Source of the DNA: Sphingomicrobium sp.
GTDB lineage: Bacteria; Pseudomonadota; Alphaproteobacteria; Sphingomonadales; Sphingomonadaceae
Direction of reading: 5' to 3'
Length of the DNA stretch: 34,731 nucleotides
Assembly: GCA_035720125.1 (NCBI GenBank)
Contig: DASTOV010000163.1
Location: 1 to 34,731 of the forward strand
The notes below the pieces were generated by a model that worked only from the letters and a program-made list of their open reading frames with translations, ran no database searches and had not been told where the DNA came from. Positions 34,374 through 34,731 of the stretch are shown here, piece by piece. Within the stretch, counting starts at the first letter, position 1, and the number at the start of each line of letters is the position of its first letter. The position numbers and the translations under genes are program-made.

Positions 34374-34731
34374 ATGGATCGCACCGAGGCCAATACCGGT
34401 ACCCGCGAAGTCAGCGAGCGGCTGCGCTTCGATGTGGCTGCGCTCGAAAAGTGGATGACGGGTCATGTGCCAGGCGTTGCCGGTCCGCTGACCATCAGCC
34501 AGTTCAAGGGCGGCCAGTCCAACCCCACTTACCGGATCGACACATCGTCCGGTCGTTCCTTCGTCCTTCGCCGCAAGCCACCGGGCACCCTGCTGCCGGG
34601 GGCCCACGCCGTTGACCGCGAGGCGCGCGTCATGACTGCTTTGGGAGCGCAGGGCTTTCCGGTGCCGCAGGTTCACGGCCTATGCGAGGATGGCAATGTC
34701 ATCGGCACCCCCTTCTTCGTCATGGACCTGG
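34374..34731 (+). CDS. Phosphotransferase (APH / ACAD10-11 N-terminal-like) family protein, partial
   Basis: Manual translation: MDRTEANTGTREV...QFKGGQSNPTY...VLRRKPPG.LLPGAHAVDRE.RVM; open to the window end. Confidence 0.88.
   Translation, partial: MDRTEANTGTREVSERLRFDVAALEKWMTGHVPGVAGPLTISQFKGGQSNPTYRIDTSSGRSFVLRRKPPGTLLPGAHAVDREARVMTALGAQGFPVPQVHGLCEDGNVIGTPFFVMDL

Overview
GC-rich alphaproteobacterial chromosomal segment; gene content and order suggest Sphingomonadaceae (inference). Mostly housekeeping: purB, dnaK-dnaJ with an RpoH-type promoter, fabD-fabG, rpsF-rpsR-rplI, tRNA-Val(TAC), cysQ, a leucine-catabolism cluster (ivd, MCC subunits, SDR, thiolase) and nadC. Two structures stand out. 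(1) A 28-bp site with 11-6-11 geometry (consensus ATGACCGCTTT-C[GC]ACCC-ATWGCGGWCAT) occurs five times at 543-1823 and twice at 18700-18937, always in the same orientation. It delimits units carrying at most one gene, like an integron-style cassette array but without attC sites. For two units the inward-facing arms are perfectly complementary to each other, as expected if they integrated as circles. (2) A stand-alone GIY-YIG nuclease gene (21315-21728) is bracketed by inverted copies of a structured palindrome. One copy supplies the ribosome-binding site; the other has expanded into 27-bp tandem units that encode the C-terminus. Also present are two further REP-like doublets, a degenerate phytochrome-like PAS-GAF protein, a divergent DUF6456/XRE pair resembling GTA regulators, and a MerR regulator with an intact dyad but no divergent target. 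All calls come from reading the sequence by eye; no searches were run.
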